DNA of 64,000 bases from Plasmodiophora brassicae (Eukaryota): positions 248,001 to 312,000 of the forward strand of contig CP145414.1 in assembly GCA_036867785.1 (NCBI GenBank). Direction: 5' to 3'. The notes beneath the pieces were generated by a model. The model saw nothing but the letters and a program-made list of their open reading frames with translations, had not been told where the DNA came from and did not search any database. The position numbers and the translations under genes were made by a program. Position 1 is the first letter of the stretch; each line of letters opens with the position of its first letter. Shown piece after piece: positions 13,047 to 23,630 of the stretch.

Positions 13047-14663
13047 ATGACGCAACGGCCGACCCAGGTGCTCGCCCGGCGTCACGCACACGTCGTTGGC
13101 CCGCGGCGGCCGCTCAGCGAATTCTTTCGCCGGCCCAGCGTGTCCGTCGCTGTCCGCATCCTGATGTGCGACACGGTCGACCCGGATACGCGCTGGTCGG
13201 TGTTTACCGTCGTGGCGGGTTCGCGATTGGGGCCCCGCGCCCCGTTCTTTCAGCGCGCCCTGCAGTTCTGCCACCGGTGCATGCCTGCGAAGGCGCCTGA
13301 CGTTCTCCACGCCGCCGTGCGCCATGGGATCGCCGTACACGAGAACGACACGCTGTTCTGTACGTTCCTGGGCGCGTGCAGGGCGACGACCCCGCCTCCG
13401 CTGCAACCTGCGTTCGACGCGTATCGTCGCTGCGGGCCGCGTACCCATAACGTCATCTCCAGCCTCGTCAGTATCTGCCGACTCGCGAACCGGCCTGAGA
13501 GGGCGCTGGCCCTCGTCGCCGACGCCGTCGACAACGACGTCGACATCAGCCAGCATTTGCTGTCCCTGTTCGCCGTGTGCTGTGCGACCTCGCAGACGCC
13601 CCACGCAGCCGACACCGCCGAACGCATCCTGGACCTGGTTCGATCCAGCCGCATCGCCCCACATCCAAACTACCCGACCTACGCCAACCTTGTCAAGGCG
13701 CTGCTGTGCCAGGCCCGGTTCGACGCCGCCGTCGGCGCTCTCGACCTGCTGGATTCGGTCGGTTTGCCACCATGCCAGCATCTGTACGGCCTGGTCGTGG
13801 GCGCCCTTGTCCACGCCGAACACATGGACAAGGCGATGTCCGTGTTTCGTCGCGTCGCTGAACGACGTGTGCGCTTGCTCGCCCACGTGTTCACCAGCCT
13901 GGTGGCCGCCTGTGGACGCTACCAGTACCGGGGACATACCCGCGCGTTGTACCGCTATGCAACGGACCATGGGTACCTCGACGACGTCTTCATCGTCGAT
14001 GCGTTCATTGCCGCGTTCCGTCGTTGCGGCTGCATTGTCGATGCTCGCCAGCTGTTCTGCTCGCTGACGCTCCCGCAAACGTCGACTCGTAAGGCGATGG
14101 TCGCCGCGTACAACCACCACGACCTGTATCGCGACGCGATTGCGACGTTCAATGATTGTAGACGCGTCGGGCACCTGCTGCCGGGCAACGTCTACAGTTG
14201 CATTGTGGAAGTGTTCGCCTCCCGCGATCGGGTTCGTGACGCGCTAGCCGTCTTTCGCGAAATGGCGGAACACGACGTCGAATGCAGCGCGCCCGCCTTT
14301 ACCTGTCTTGTCCTAACGTGCGGTCGCAATTCGCACCAGTTCGCTCTGCAGGCCCTGCACCGCTTCGCGCTGTCTCGCGACTCGGATACGCTGCTGTCCG
14401 GCGCCAGCGTTGCATTCGTCGCAGCCTACATCCGATGCGGCCGCCCACAGGATGCATTGCGTGTGCTCTCGTCAATGTCGTCGGCGGACCTCATCGTCAA
14501 GGCGGTCGCCCTGGTCGAGCAACTGAAGACCGCCGGCCAACTGCCAGCGGATATGGCTGATCGGCTGATCTCCTCGGCGGGCCGCCGCCGCTGCGGGACG
14601 CTCCCTGTTTCACCGTCGTTGTCGCGGGATGGCCTCGCTGAACGCTCGCCGACGGTCGAATAA
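13047..14663 (+). CDS. Pentatricopeptide-repeat (PPR) protein, intronless
   Basis: Repeated ~35-aa helical units (TYANLVKALL..., VFTSLVAACG, AFIAAFRRCG..DARQLF, AFVAAYIRCGRPQDALRVL). Confidence 0.85.
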   Translation: MTQRPTQVLARRHAHVVGPRRPLSEFFRRPSVSVAVRILMCDTVDPDTRWSVFTVVAGSRLGPRAPFFQRALQFCHRCMPAKAPDVLHAAVRHGIAVHENDTLFCTFLGACRATTPPPLQPAFDAYRRCGPRTHNVISSLVSICRLANRPERALALVADAVDNDVDISQHLLSLFAVCCATSQTPHAADTAERILDLVRSSRIAPHPNYPTYANLVKALLCQARFDAAVGALDLLDSVGLPPCQHLYGLVVGALVHAEHMDKAMSVFRRVAERRVRLLAHVFTSLVAACGRYQYRGHTRALYRYATDHGYLDDVFIVDAFIAAFRRCGCIVDARQLFCSLTLPQTSTRKAMVAAYNHHDLYRDAIATFNDCRRVGHLLPGNVYSCIVEVFASRDRVRDALAVFREMAEHDVECSAPAFTCLVLTCGRNSHQFALQALHRFALSRDSDTLLSGASVAFVAAYIRCGRPQDALRVLSSMSSADLIVKAVALVEQLKTAGQLPADMADRLISSAGRRRCGTLPVSPSLSRDGLAERSPTVE

Positions 14664-14715
14664 GGACAACGTTTGCCGCTCGTCGCTCGGTCCGTTGTAT
14701 TCATCGCCGCCAATG

Positions 14716-15117
14716 TCACTTACGAGGGCGCAGCCGGGTGGACACCAGCGTGGCCGCATGGGCGGGGCGTACGTGGACCTTCGCGCTCGCTTTCGCGGTA
14801 CGACGTTGGGCAGCGGCTCGCATGACGGCGAGCGGGCGCATGTCGGGGCTGCCCTGCTCAACGACGTCTTCGTCGCGGTGCGTCCGCGCTGGGATGGGTC
14901 GGCGCGCGACCCGAGCGCCGCCAGCCTTGACGGCGGGTTTCTTGCCGATTGCGCTGGGGCGCTTCGGCCCTTTGACCTTGGCCGCCACCTTGGCCTTGAA
15001 CTCCTTGGCGGCGGTCGACTCCTGGCGGGGGGCGAACGCGTCCTGCAGGGCCTGGTTGGCCAGCGTTTTCGGCTGGAACGGAGCGGCGTTGGCGTTCAGT
15101 CGGGTCGGGCGTACCAT
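14716..15117 (-). CDS. Small basic protein with an N-terminal PAM2 (PABP-interacting) motif
   Basis: TRLNANAAPFQP fits the PAM2 consensus LNxxAxxFxP; remainder is K/R/A-rich. Confidence 0.65.
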   Translation of the reverse strand: MVRPTRLNANAAPFQPKTLANQALQDAFAPRQESTAAKEFKAKVAAKVKGPKRPSAIGKKPAVKAGGARVARRPIPARTHRDEDVVEQGSPDMRPLAVMRAAAQRRTAKASAKVHVRPAHAATLVSTRLRPRK

Positions 15118-15997
15118 GTTGCAACGAGGAGGACTGTGTCCACGAAATGAGCCTGCCGCGTGCACGCTGATGGGCACGCGCACCCCGGCGCGATGACTCA
15201 CACGTTCTCGCCCGCGGTACACGTCGCGCTCAACTATGTCGGCCGCCATCTATTGTATTGTGGAAATGGAGATCGATGATGTCTTCGGTGTCCCCTCTAA
15301 ATATTGAGGCGTCAGATATTTCAGCGTTCGATTTATTGGACGGGTTCGCGCGTACAAACTCTGGCATCAGGATAGCACCGGACGTGCGACCGGGACGAGT
15401 GCGCACGGGAATCACCCTGATGTCGACGTCCTCTTGGACGACGTCGGCGAGAGTCCGCTACAGCGCAGCGAGTACGCGCTCGTACTCAGCAAGCGGGGAC
15501 GCGCGGCCAGCGCGTTAAAAAGTGATGCAGCCATCGCAACGACACGAGGGCATTACCTCGCTTGATCTAACGGTGAGCCGTCCGGTCTACAAAACATCTC
15601 ACCGAAGGAGCTCAAGCCCCCACGCTCGACGCGGCAGGCGCCATGAGGCATAGGTACATAGGTCATGCGGCGGTCGGGAGTGCATCGCCCAGGCCCACTG
15701 CAGTGCGACGATTGGTAAACGGGGGAGCCGCGCTGGAAAGCGGCTCTCGTTCGTCTACCAGGTCGCGCCTCATCAACGTCGCAACGCGATGCGGATTCCG
15801 GCTTTCTGCTCAGGCCGCTGGCCGATGCGTGATCCAGAGTAAAACATGTGTGGAATCTATCTCTAAACGGTACGCTTTGATATGGGCCCGCGTAACTGCC
15901 GAGTTGAAATGTGATCATAGCGTTGACACATTGGCCCAGGCGAAAGTCCGCGGGGGGTGACCCGGATGGCTGGCACCAGTCGCAAATCGCGCCCGCA

Positions 15998-16035
15998 CAG
16001 TCCGCAGTCCGCAGTCCGCAGTCCGCAGTCCGCAG
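15998..16035 (+). repeat. 7-bp tandem repeat (CAGTCCG) x5
   Basis: cagtccgcagtccgcagtccg... about 100 bp upstream of the ankyrin gene ATG. Confidence 0.85.
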
Positions 16036-16133
16036 CCCATAGCGGGGCTGTCGTCGGCCGGCACCCGGCGTTTCTCATTATTGGAATTTGCAGCGGCATC
16101 GCAATCCATTACGCGGCAAGGACCCGACTGACG

Positions 16134-17399
16134 ATGACCGTCGAATTACGATACCCACGTGCAGTGCTGTCGTGGATTCCCCTGATCGTTGCCGTCACCT
16201 ATGCGATTCCCAATGAGGTGGACCTCTGCCTCAAGGACAGCCCTCATGTGTGTCGCAAGGTCAACACCGAGCGCGCCATCGCCCACTCCAAGTTGCTGCT
16301 GAACCTGGTCAACAATGAAGCGATATACCTGGACATCGGTCTCCTCGAGTTGAACAAGCTTGCGGACTTCATCGAGACTGTTGATCCGGAACAGGTACGT
16401 CACTCCCATCGTCCGTCGATGATCACTGATTACCACCAACTGGCGCAGCAGGACGAAATCAAATACTGGGTTAGCGAAAACATCCCAGACATTTCTGTCG
16501 GCATCCCTATGCTGGCAGCAGCCCAGTTGCTTCAGATGGAATCCCTAGCGCAGCGCATCATTGCCATGGATTTCACGTGGCAGGACATCGCCTGGGTCCA
16601 CGACTGCACGTTTCTCCCCCAGACGCACAATCAAGCATGCCGGACCATTGTGAAGACGAGACCAGCGTACAAACGTCTTGTTGGTGACGCAAAGACCGAG
16701 CAGCAGCATGTGATTGTGAGACAGGTTGCGGAAGCCTTTGTCAACGAGGAAGCGAAGATCGACTTGGTCAACAACGGGCACTTCAAGTGCGGCAATAACG
16801 TGCTGGCCTGGGCTGTTGGCATGGGTGATCATGCTGATGCGGTAGTCGAGATGCTACTGCATGTTCCCGGCATCGTCGCCGATCTGCCCAAGAACCACAA
16901 ACCAGGCCGGCCAACGCCGCTCCAGCAAGCGGTATTGAACGGTAAAGCGGTTGTGGTCGAGATGCTACTGGGCGTCCCCGGCATTGAGGTCAACGCCGGC
17001 GCAGGAACTCAGCTTGGCACAGCTCTGCACTTGTGCGTGGACAGAAAAGGCTATTGTGTGCGACCAGGACCTGACAACTGCCGCATGGCGCAGGTGCTGA
17101 TCGAAAGTGGAGCGGACGTTAAAGCGCTTGATGAGCTGGGCAGGACGCCACTACACTTGGTGCCGCGATACCCATATGAGCCCGATCGCATTAACATAGC
17201 AACCTTGCTACTGGAGAAAGGTGCGCTCGTGAATGCCCAAGACTGTAAAGGGGAGACGCCGCTGCACCACGCCGCGGTCAGAGGACGACAGGATTGCTTT
17301 GACCTGCTGGTGGAGAGTGGCAAGGTCGACTCCAGTCTGACGGACAACGAAGGGATGACCGCACATGAACAGCTGCAGGCCCGGTCGTTCTGGGCGTGA
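16134..17399 (+). CDS. Secreted ankyrin-repeat protein with N-terminal SKP1/BTB-like domain (effector candidate); intron ~16395-16448
   Basis: Signal peptide (VLSWIPLIVAVTYA), HSKLLLNLV..MLAAAQLLQMESL (SKP1/BTB-like), ankyrin repeats TPLQQA, GTALHL, GRTPLHL, GETPLHHA, GMTA. Confidence 0.85.
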   Translation: MTVELRYPRAVLSWIPLIVAVTYAIPNEVDLCLKDSPHVCRKVNTERAIAHSKLLLNLVNNEAIYLDIGLLELNKLADFIETVDPEQVRHSHRPSMITDYHQLAQQDEIKYWVSENIPDISVGIPMLAAAQLLQMESLAQRIIAMDFTWQDIAWVHDCTFLPQTHNQACRTIVKTRPAYKRLVGDAKTEQQHVIVRQVAEAFVNEEAKIDLVNNGHFKCGNNVLAWAVGMGDHADAVVEMLLHVPGIVADLPKNHKPGRPTPLQQAVLNGKAVVVEMLLGVPGIEVNAGAGTQLGTALHLCVDRKGYCVRPGPDNCRMAQVLIESGADVKALDELGRTPLHLVPRYPYEPDRINIATLLLEKGALVNAQDCKGETPLHHAAVRGRQDCFDLLVESGKVDSSLTDNEGMTAHEQLQARSFWA

Positions 17400-17726
17400 A
17401 CATGCGTCTCCTTGCGAAGCTGCAGCATGCGTTGCCGTCGCCTCCTTACACCGCCCGACAGTTGTTCCTCATAAAGCTCGACAGTTGTGCTTCATGAACG
17501 CTGCCGTAGCAGGTGCATGTCTATTGTAGTCAAGTGCAGTACTGCAATCTAGCTTAAACATGTATGAACGTATTCTCGTACGAAAAGTCGACCTTCCCGC
17601 ATCCTCCCGGTACTGGTTTTCCCGTCGGAGCTGCACGCGCGCCGCAGTGGGCGCGCGTGCAGCTCCGACTGGGGGCGGGGGTCAATGGTCACTCCGCGGC
17701 GTCGCGTTGCCCACAGTGCCGCGGGG

Positions 17727-18623
17727 ATGGAGCGGTACGACTGCGCCGGGGCGACGCCGACCTGCGTGGCGGTCGTCGGCGACGGCATCTGGGTCGGGTT
17801 CGCGGACGGCCGCGTGCGCGTCGTGCCGGGCGGCGACGACATCGACGCGGTCGGCGCGAGCGTGTCCTGCATGGCGACCTGGGCCGACCGGGTCGCCGTC
17901 GGCGATGCGTCCGGCCATGTCGCCATGTTTCGGGACGCGCAGCTCGTCGACCGCCGGCGCCTATCGTCGACGTCGATCACAGCGATGGCGTTCTCGGTGA
18001 TGCCGCTTGGCAACTGGGAGGTCGCTGCCGCGTCTGGCAACGTCCTGACGCTGTTCGCCGGCGCTGTGCGCCCTCGCCTGCAGATCCGGTTCGACCGGAC
18101 CATATCTGGCGTCGCATGCGCCGACCATCGCCTCTACGTCACCGTTGTCGACTCCCCCGTCATCACCGTCGTCGCCAACGGCGAGAAGGTTGGCGAGATC
18201 GTCGCTGGGTCGCCGATCACGGCGCTGTGCGGCGGGCCGGTCGCCCCTGGGATGAACCTCGCGGTTGCCTGCCGAGACGGTTCCCTGTATGCAGTGAAGG
18301 GCGACGGCGAACAGGCCAAGGTTGGGGAAGTAGACCTACCGGTGACAGCCGTTAGCGCCGCCTGTGGACGTGCTGTCGCGTGCATCGGCCATTTCAACGG
18401 CGTCAAGGTCGCCGTTGACGGCAAGGTGACGCCCGCGATGTCGTGTGGGCGCGCGTGCGTCTCATTGGTGGGGTAGGTGGTCGACCCGGAGCCGGGCGCC
18501 GACGAATGGGCGCACTGCCTTCATGCGGCAGGCCCGGCGATCGCCTGGGCCACGTACGACGACGAGATCTGTCTCCGGCGGGTTGCACTCCCCGACATGG
18601 ATATCGGGATGGCCGTCAGCTAA
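17727..18623 (+). CDS. WD40-like beta-propeller protein; intron 18426-18476
   Basis: Blade motifs VGFADGRVRV, VAVGDASGHVAMF, SPITALC, AVACRDGSLY. Confidence 0.7.
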
Positions 18624-19110
18624 ACGTCACAGATCATAGACGCGGTACGGGTGCGCGTCCACGATGTGAACAGTCCATCAGCGCTTGACTGCGACGAGGC
18701 GATGGCCGCCGATCGCGGGACTCGGCAACGCGCCACGTGGCCGTTCAGCCGAACCACGCGACCCTGTAACGTCCCTGCAGGGATATATGCCTGTCCCGAG
18801 GCAACTGGCAGAGATGGAGCGACATCCCGATGCCGCCGGCTCAACCTCCACACGACCAAATCCATTGCACTGGACGGGAGCAGCGACGTCGTTCGACTGG
18901 GCACACACACGCACACAGGCGCGGTTGGTGCGGGTCTCAGGACGCCGTTCCGTCGAGATCGATCAGGTTTAGACGAACGGATGACAGTTTGAGGAGGGAC
19001 CCTAAACGTCGGTTTCTGTCAAGCACTTGGTTTCAAAAGTTGCCGTCATGAAAGGAAACGGTACTCAAAACATACGTGCGGTGCCAAGGCGATACAGGAC
19101 GGCCGTCCTT

Positions 19111-19556
19111 TGTTGTTCCCTCAGCTCACCGCTCTCCAGCAGCGCCACGAGAACGTCGAGACGCCAGCCTCGCTTCTCCGTCCGTCGCTGTTGATGATGA
19201 CGCCAGTTTCCCGGTCGATGTTGATGACGGCAGTCTCCCCGACCTACGTGCCGACGTCTAACTGTGTGCGTAGTAGTGATCGCGATTTCGGTGATCGGCG
19301 GTGCGATCGCCGTCTACCAATGTCATCAGCGGCGGCACGTCCACGATGATGACGTTCTCGTGGCGCTGCTGGAGAGCGGTGAGCTGAGGGAACAACATCG
19401 TGGACGTGCCGCCGCTGATGACATTGGTAGACGGCGATCGCACCGCCGATCACCGAAATCGCGATCACTACTACGCACACAGTTAGACGTCGGCACGTCC
19501 ACAATGGTGAGGTTCTCGTGGCGCTGCTGGAGAGCGATGAGCTTGAAGAACAGCAA
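19111..19556. repeat. Nested inverted-repeat complex: perfect 103-bp arms 19246-19348 / 19396-19498; loop duplicated inverted at 19111-19157; diverged copy after 19498
   Basis: Direct reverse-complement comparison of the sequence. Confidence 0.92.
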
Positions 19557-20487
19557 CGGGCTGCCGTCTTTGATCGGCTTATGACGTTAGTGCTACCTCC
19601 GATCATCGCATACACACTGCCTCGGTCGCCCATCGTCAGAAGAACCGGGTTCGTGTGAAGTGGCGCCACAAGGTGGAATTCAAATCCATTGCGTTAGGGG
19701 GCGGCGCGACTTAGGGTGCCACCCACTCCACAATGTCGCAGCGACGTCATTACCCGTCAGTTCCGAAATGAGGCTTTATAGTGTGCACAAAAGCGTTGAC
19801 CCAAGGAATTAGAACGCCGGAAACCTTGGAGACTACAAGGTTAATTGCAACGGACCTTACACGTCCTGACCTGATGTAGATGCAAACAGTTCTGTCGCCC
19901 CTCGACGAACTTATTGCAACTGAGGCAACATTGATCGATGGTGAGAACGCGTTCGAGCACTTGGAGGCGTTGATTGTGCCTTCGGTCGCGTTGGGATGCT
20001 GGCCGGTCCCGCAGCACGTCTGTTGCGCTTGCTCCCCACTGGCGGATCCTGTGCGGGGTGGCCTTCTCTTCGACCGGGAAACGGCCGATCGTATTAACGG
20101 TCTCCCGCGCTGCTCCAATGACCAAATGTCATCCCTGGCCCCCTGACCTGTTGTACCCGTGATTGGATCTCATTGTCAGCCCCCGGGTTCATGGGTCACC
20201 TCAGGGTTGGTCCCTTCGTCTACTCTCATTGACGACGGGCAGATCGACATGAGGGTGAATGCAGATGCCTGCCTGGAGGAATCGGCACGGCCGTGTGTAC
20301 GTACAGTGTCGCCACAGTATCCTGCTTGACAGATGTAAGTACTGCGTTGACTCATTCGTTCCTGTCCTGCGATACGCCGGTGTGCGTCACGCCAGGAGTC
20401 ACCGCGTCCCGAAATCTTCACTGGCCGCCACCGAATCCCATCAGCCATATTTCTATTATTGTCGCGTTCGAACCCCACGACCACTAT

Positions 20488-20531
20488 CCTCTCTCTCTCT
20501 TTCTCTCTTTGTTTCTCGCGCGCGCGCGCTC
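20488..20531. repeat. (CT)n-rich tract followed by a (CG)n run upstream of the CAP gene
   Basis: cctctctctctctttctctcttt..ctcgcgcgcgcgcgct. Confidence 0.7.
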
Positions 20532-20568
20532 GATCCCCGTCCCCCTGCAATCTAACCCACCGGCGAGC

Positions 20569-21568
20569 ATGCGGTTTGCCATCGTCATTGTGTCCTCCTG
20601 TTTGATGGCGCTGGCGGCCGGGCAACCTCTCGACCAGACCACGATGCTGTCGCTTCACACAGCGGCGCGTAGCGCTCTAGGGCTGAGTCCAGCGACGTGG
20701 TCCGCAGCCCTCGAAGCGTCCGCCACAGCGGCAATCAACGTGTGCCCAACCGGGCACACTACCGGAGCAGGCACGATCGAGAACCTGGCCTGGGGATGGC
20801 CAACGTACACGACGACGCAGGCGTTCGACGACTGGCTTGATGAGAAGGCCCACTACACCCTGGCCACACAAACATGCGCCCCGGGCCAGGTCTGCGACCA
20901 CTACGCCAACATTGTAAGCGCGGCGCTGTCTCAACCGGGTTGACGGATCTAACCGCCCGCCTGCTCAGATCAACAACGACCAGGTCGGGTGCGCCATGCG
21001 CGTCTGCAACAACATCTTCAAGCAGGCCGTCGTCGCATCATACGCCTGCCACTACGCGTCCTCATCACCGTCGACGACGCCGGCGCCACAGACTATCGCG
21101 CCGCGCGCCGCACCGGTCGACACCACCACCCCAGTGACACCTCCTGCACCCGCCCCAGCCACTCCCGCGACCGCGGACGCAGCTGCTGCGCGCACTCCCC
21201 TGTCATCGACTGCAGCTCCGGCCACTGGAGCTGCACGTCGTCCGGCGACTGGTGAAGCTGCACCTGGTCCGGCGACTGGAGAAGCTGCGCCGGAGACGGA
21301 TCCGTCGCCAGCGGCGACCGTCTCCGGCGGCGGGCCGTTCCGCGGCGTGGCGCGCAGGGCGGGCGCCGCAAGGGAGTTGCCGTTGACGGCCGCGACGGTC
21401 GTCGTTGGGTTCCGCGATTGCCCGCAGCGGACAAAGCCGGTGCAGGCGCCGGCGCAGGTGGCGGCGGCGAATGTCACGACGGCGAAGCCGACCTATAGGC
21501 GGGCGCCGGCTGCGCGCGTCGTCGGCGCAATGCAGGCGAGGCGCATCACAACGATCACTGCTAACTAA
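20569..21568 (+). CDS. Secreted CAP/SCP/PR-1-like protein with Thr/Pro/Ala-rich tail; intron 20914-20968
   Basis: Signal peptide MRFAIVIVSSCLMALAAG; LHTAAR, TWSAALE, IENLAW, WLDEK, CDHYANI, QVGCA, YACHY. Confidence 0.88.
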
Positions 21569-21674
21569 ATTCATGGACCTCGTAACGACGCGGCGTACGT
21601 AGCGGAGCGGCCCACATGTGGAACGTAAACCGCAGACTGGCGTCGGCGGTTCGTACTAGTACAAGCCGGCGACG

Positions 21675-23036
21675 ATGAGGACGTGGGCGATCGGTGTGTT
21701 CCTGGGCGCGTGCGCGTCCGTCCTGGGCAACCTGGGCATCACGACGCAGAAGCTGGCGCACCAGCGCGCGCGCGACGTCACGACGACGTCGCGGCCGTAC
21801 TACACACGCCCGGACTGGATCGCCGGGCTGCTGCTGACCGTCGTCGCCAGCGTCGCCGACTTCATCGCACTGGGCCTGGCCGCCCAGTCGGTCATCGCCC
21901 CGCTCGGGTCGCTGACGCTCGTCGCCAACGCCGTCTTCGCGCCGCTCCTCCTCGGCGAGCGCTTCACGCGACGGGACGCGCTCTCGACCGCCTTCATCGT
22001 GGCCGGCACCGTCCTCACCGTCAGCTTCGCGTCGCACGACGACGTCGGTTGCCAGAGCGCGTTCCGGTTGCGCGCGCAGGGCGCGCCTCTGACGGTGCCC
22101 GCACAGTCGAACCTGACCATGCACGAGCTGAACGACCTGTTCCTCAAGCCGAGGACGATCGCGCTGTTCGTGTCACTGGTGGGGCTCGCCCTCGCGCTTC
22201 GCAGCGCCGTCGGCGTGGTCGAACGCGTGCGCGCCCACCAGCCCGACGAGTACGCCGCGCGACGCCTCGTCCGATCGCACGCCTTCTTCTACGCCGCCCT
22301 GGCCGGCGTCGTCGGCTCCCAGAACGGTATCAGGCGACAACGCGCTCGGCAACGTACGTCGTGGGCTGACGATTCGGCGTCTAGTCATGTTCGCGAAGTC
22401 GATCTCGGGCCTGGTCCGGCACTGGTACGCGGCATGACGCCTCCACGTGGTGGGCCTATGGGCCGGTACCGATGAAACGCGTTCGCACAGGGTCAGCGAT
22501 GATGCAGCGACGTGCCCGTTGCTGCAATGGGAGACGCACGTTCTCGCCGCCTGCCTGGCCACCACGATCGTTCTGCAAGTGTAAGCGTGCACACGCGCGG
22601 GTGACACTGCTGCCTCCCCCCGAGCGCCTGGCTGACCGCGTGCGCGCGCTCGCGCTTCCAGCCGCTGGATCAACCGCGCCCTGCAACTGTTCGACGCCGT
22701 GTTCGTCGTGCCCGTGTTCCAGTGCTTCTGGATCATCCTGTCGGTGGCGTCCGGCCTCATCTGCTTCGGTATGATACCGCCGGGCGCCGCCTCATCACTG
22801 CTGGCTCACAACGCGCCATGTGCCAAGGGGAATTCCGAACGTTCGCCGCCAGCCAGTTCATCATGTTCGCGCTGGGCGTGATCGTCACGGTCGTCGGCGT
22901 CATGATGGTGACGCAGCACGAGTTCGACGCCGAGGAGCTGAACACGCCGTTCCTGCCCGCGCGCATCGAGCAATCACCGAGGCGGTCAGCGAGCGGCGAC
23001 GCGGAGCAGGGCGCCGCCGCCGTCCCTGATACATAA
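21675..23036 (+). CDS. NIPA-family (DMT) Mg2+ transporter; multi-exon
   Basis: NLGITTQK, WIAGLLL, QSVIAPLGSLTLVAN, NRALQLFDAVFVVPVFQ, SGLICF; multiple TM helices. Confidence 0.88.
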
Positions 23037-23052
23037 ACGCTGCCTGTATTCG

Positions 23053-23517
23053 TCAGCGACGGCGATGCCGATGCAGGCGGAGCCAGTCCTGGGCGTTCTC
23101 GGTGATGTAGGCGATCGCCGGCAGCAGGTCCCGCCAGTCGTCGCTGGCGAGGAGCGCGTTGACGGCCGTGATCTCGTGCGCCGACAGGCACGGGTGCGTC
23201 TCGAAGTACAGGCGGATACCGTTGTGGCGGTCGCCGGACGCCACCTTCGTGACGGTGCAGAACGCGGCCGCAACGGCCAGCACCTGGTCGCAGTCCAGCG
23301 CTCGCAGGATCGCTGCTGTCGTCGCGTCCGGAATCGGCCCCACGCCCTGGCCGTCCCACACCTCAGCGAGCACGACGCCCAGGTTGTCCTCGCCTTCGTA
23401 CAACGACGCGACTGCGACGGCAGGTGGTGCAACACCCGGTGCAGAGCGGCGCGCGCCATCCTCAACCGCCTCCAGCATGACGCCCTGGGCGTCGGGACGC
23501 AGCCAGCCACAAACCAT
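23053..23517 (-). CDS. Hypothetical protein (~155 aa)
   Basis: Coding-like ORF filling the gap between two genes; no recognised domain; start uncertain. Confidence 0.5.
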   Translation of the reverse strand: MVCGWLRPDAQGVMLEAVEDGARRSAPGVAPPAVAVASLYEGEDNLGVVLAEVWDGQGVGPIPDATTAAILRALDCDQVLAVAAAFCTVTKVASGDRHNGIRLYFETHPCLSAHEITAVNALLASDDWRDLLPAIAYITENAQDWLRLHRHRRR

Positions 23518-23630
23518 TATGCGCAGGGCGACAGACTGTGAAGAAGCCGGGTCGACCAGCAGAAGGCGACACCACGTCACAGGAGGACCCCGCCCCCTCG
23601 TCTCAGTTCAACGGCCTGGTACGTTGTTCT

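Noticed and set aside
12912-14174. Apparent N-terminal extension of ASNSD1 in the 706-aa ORF
   Set aside because: Antisense to the PPR gene; the Ntn fold requires the MCGI start at 12911
18999-19716. Isolated CCCTAAA/TTAGGG telomere-like words
   Set aside because: Single non-tandem occurrences expected by chance
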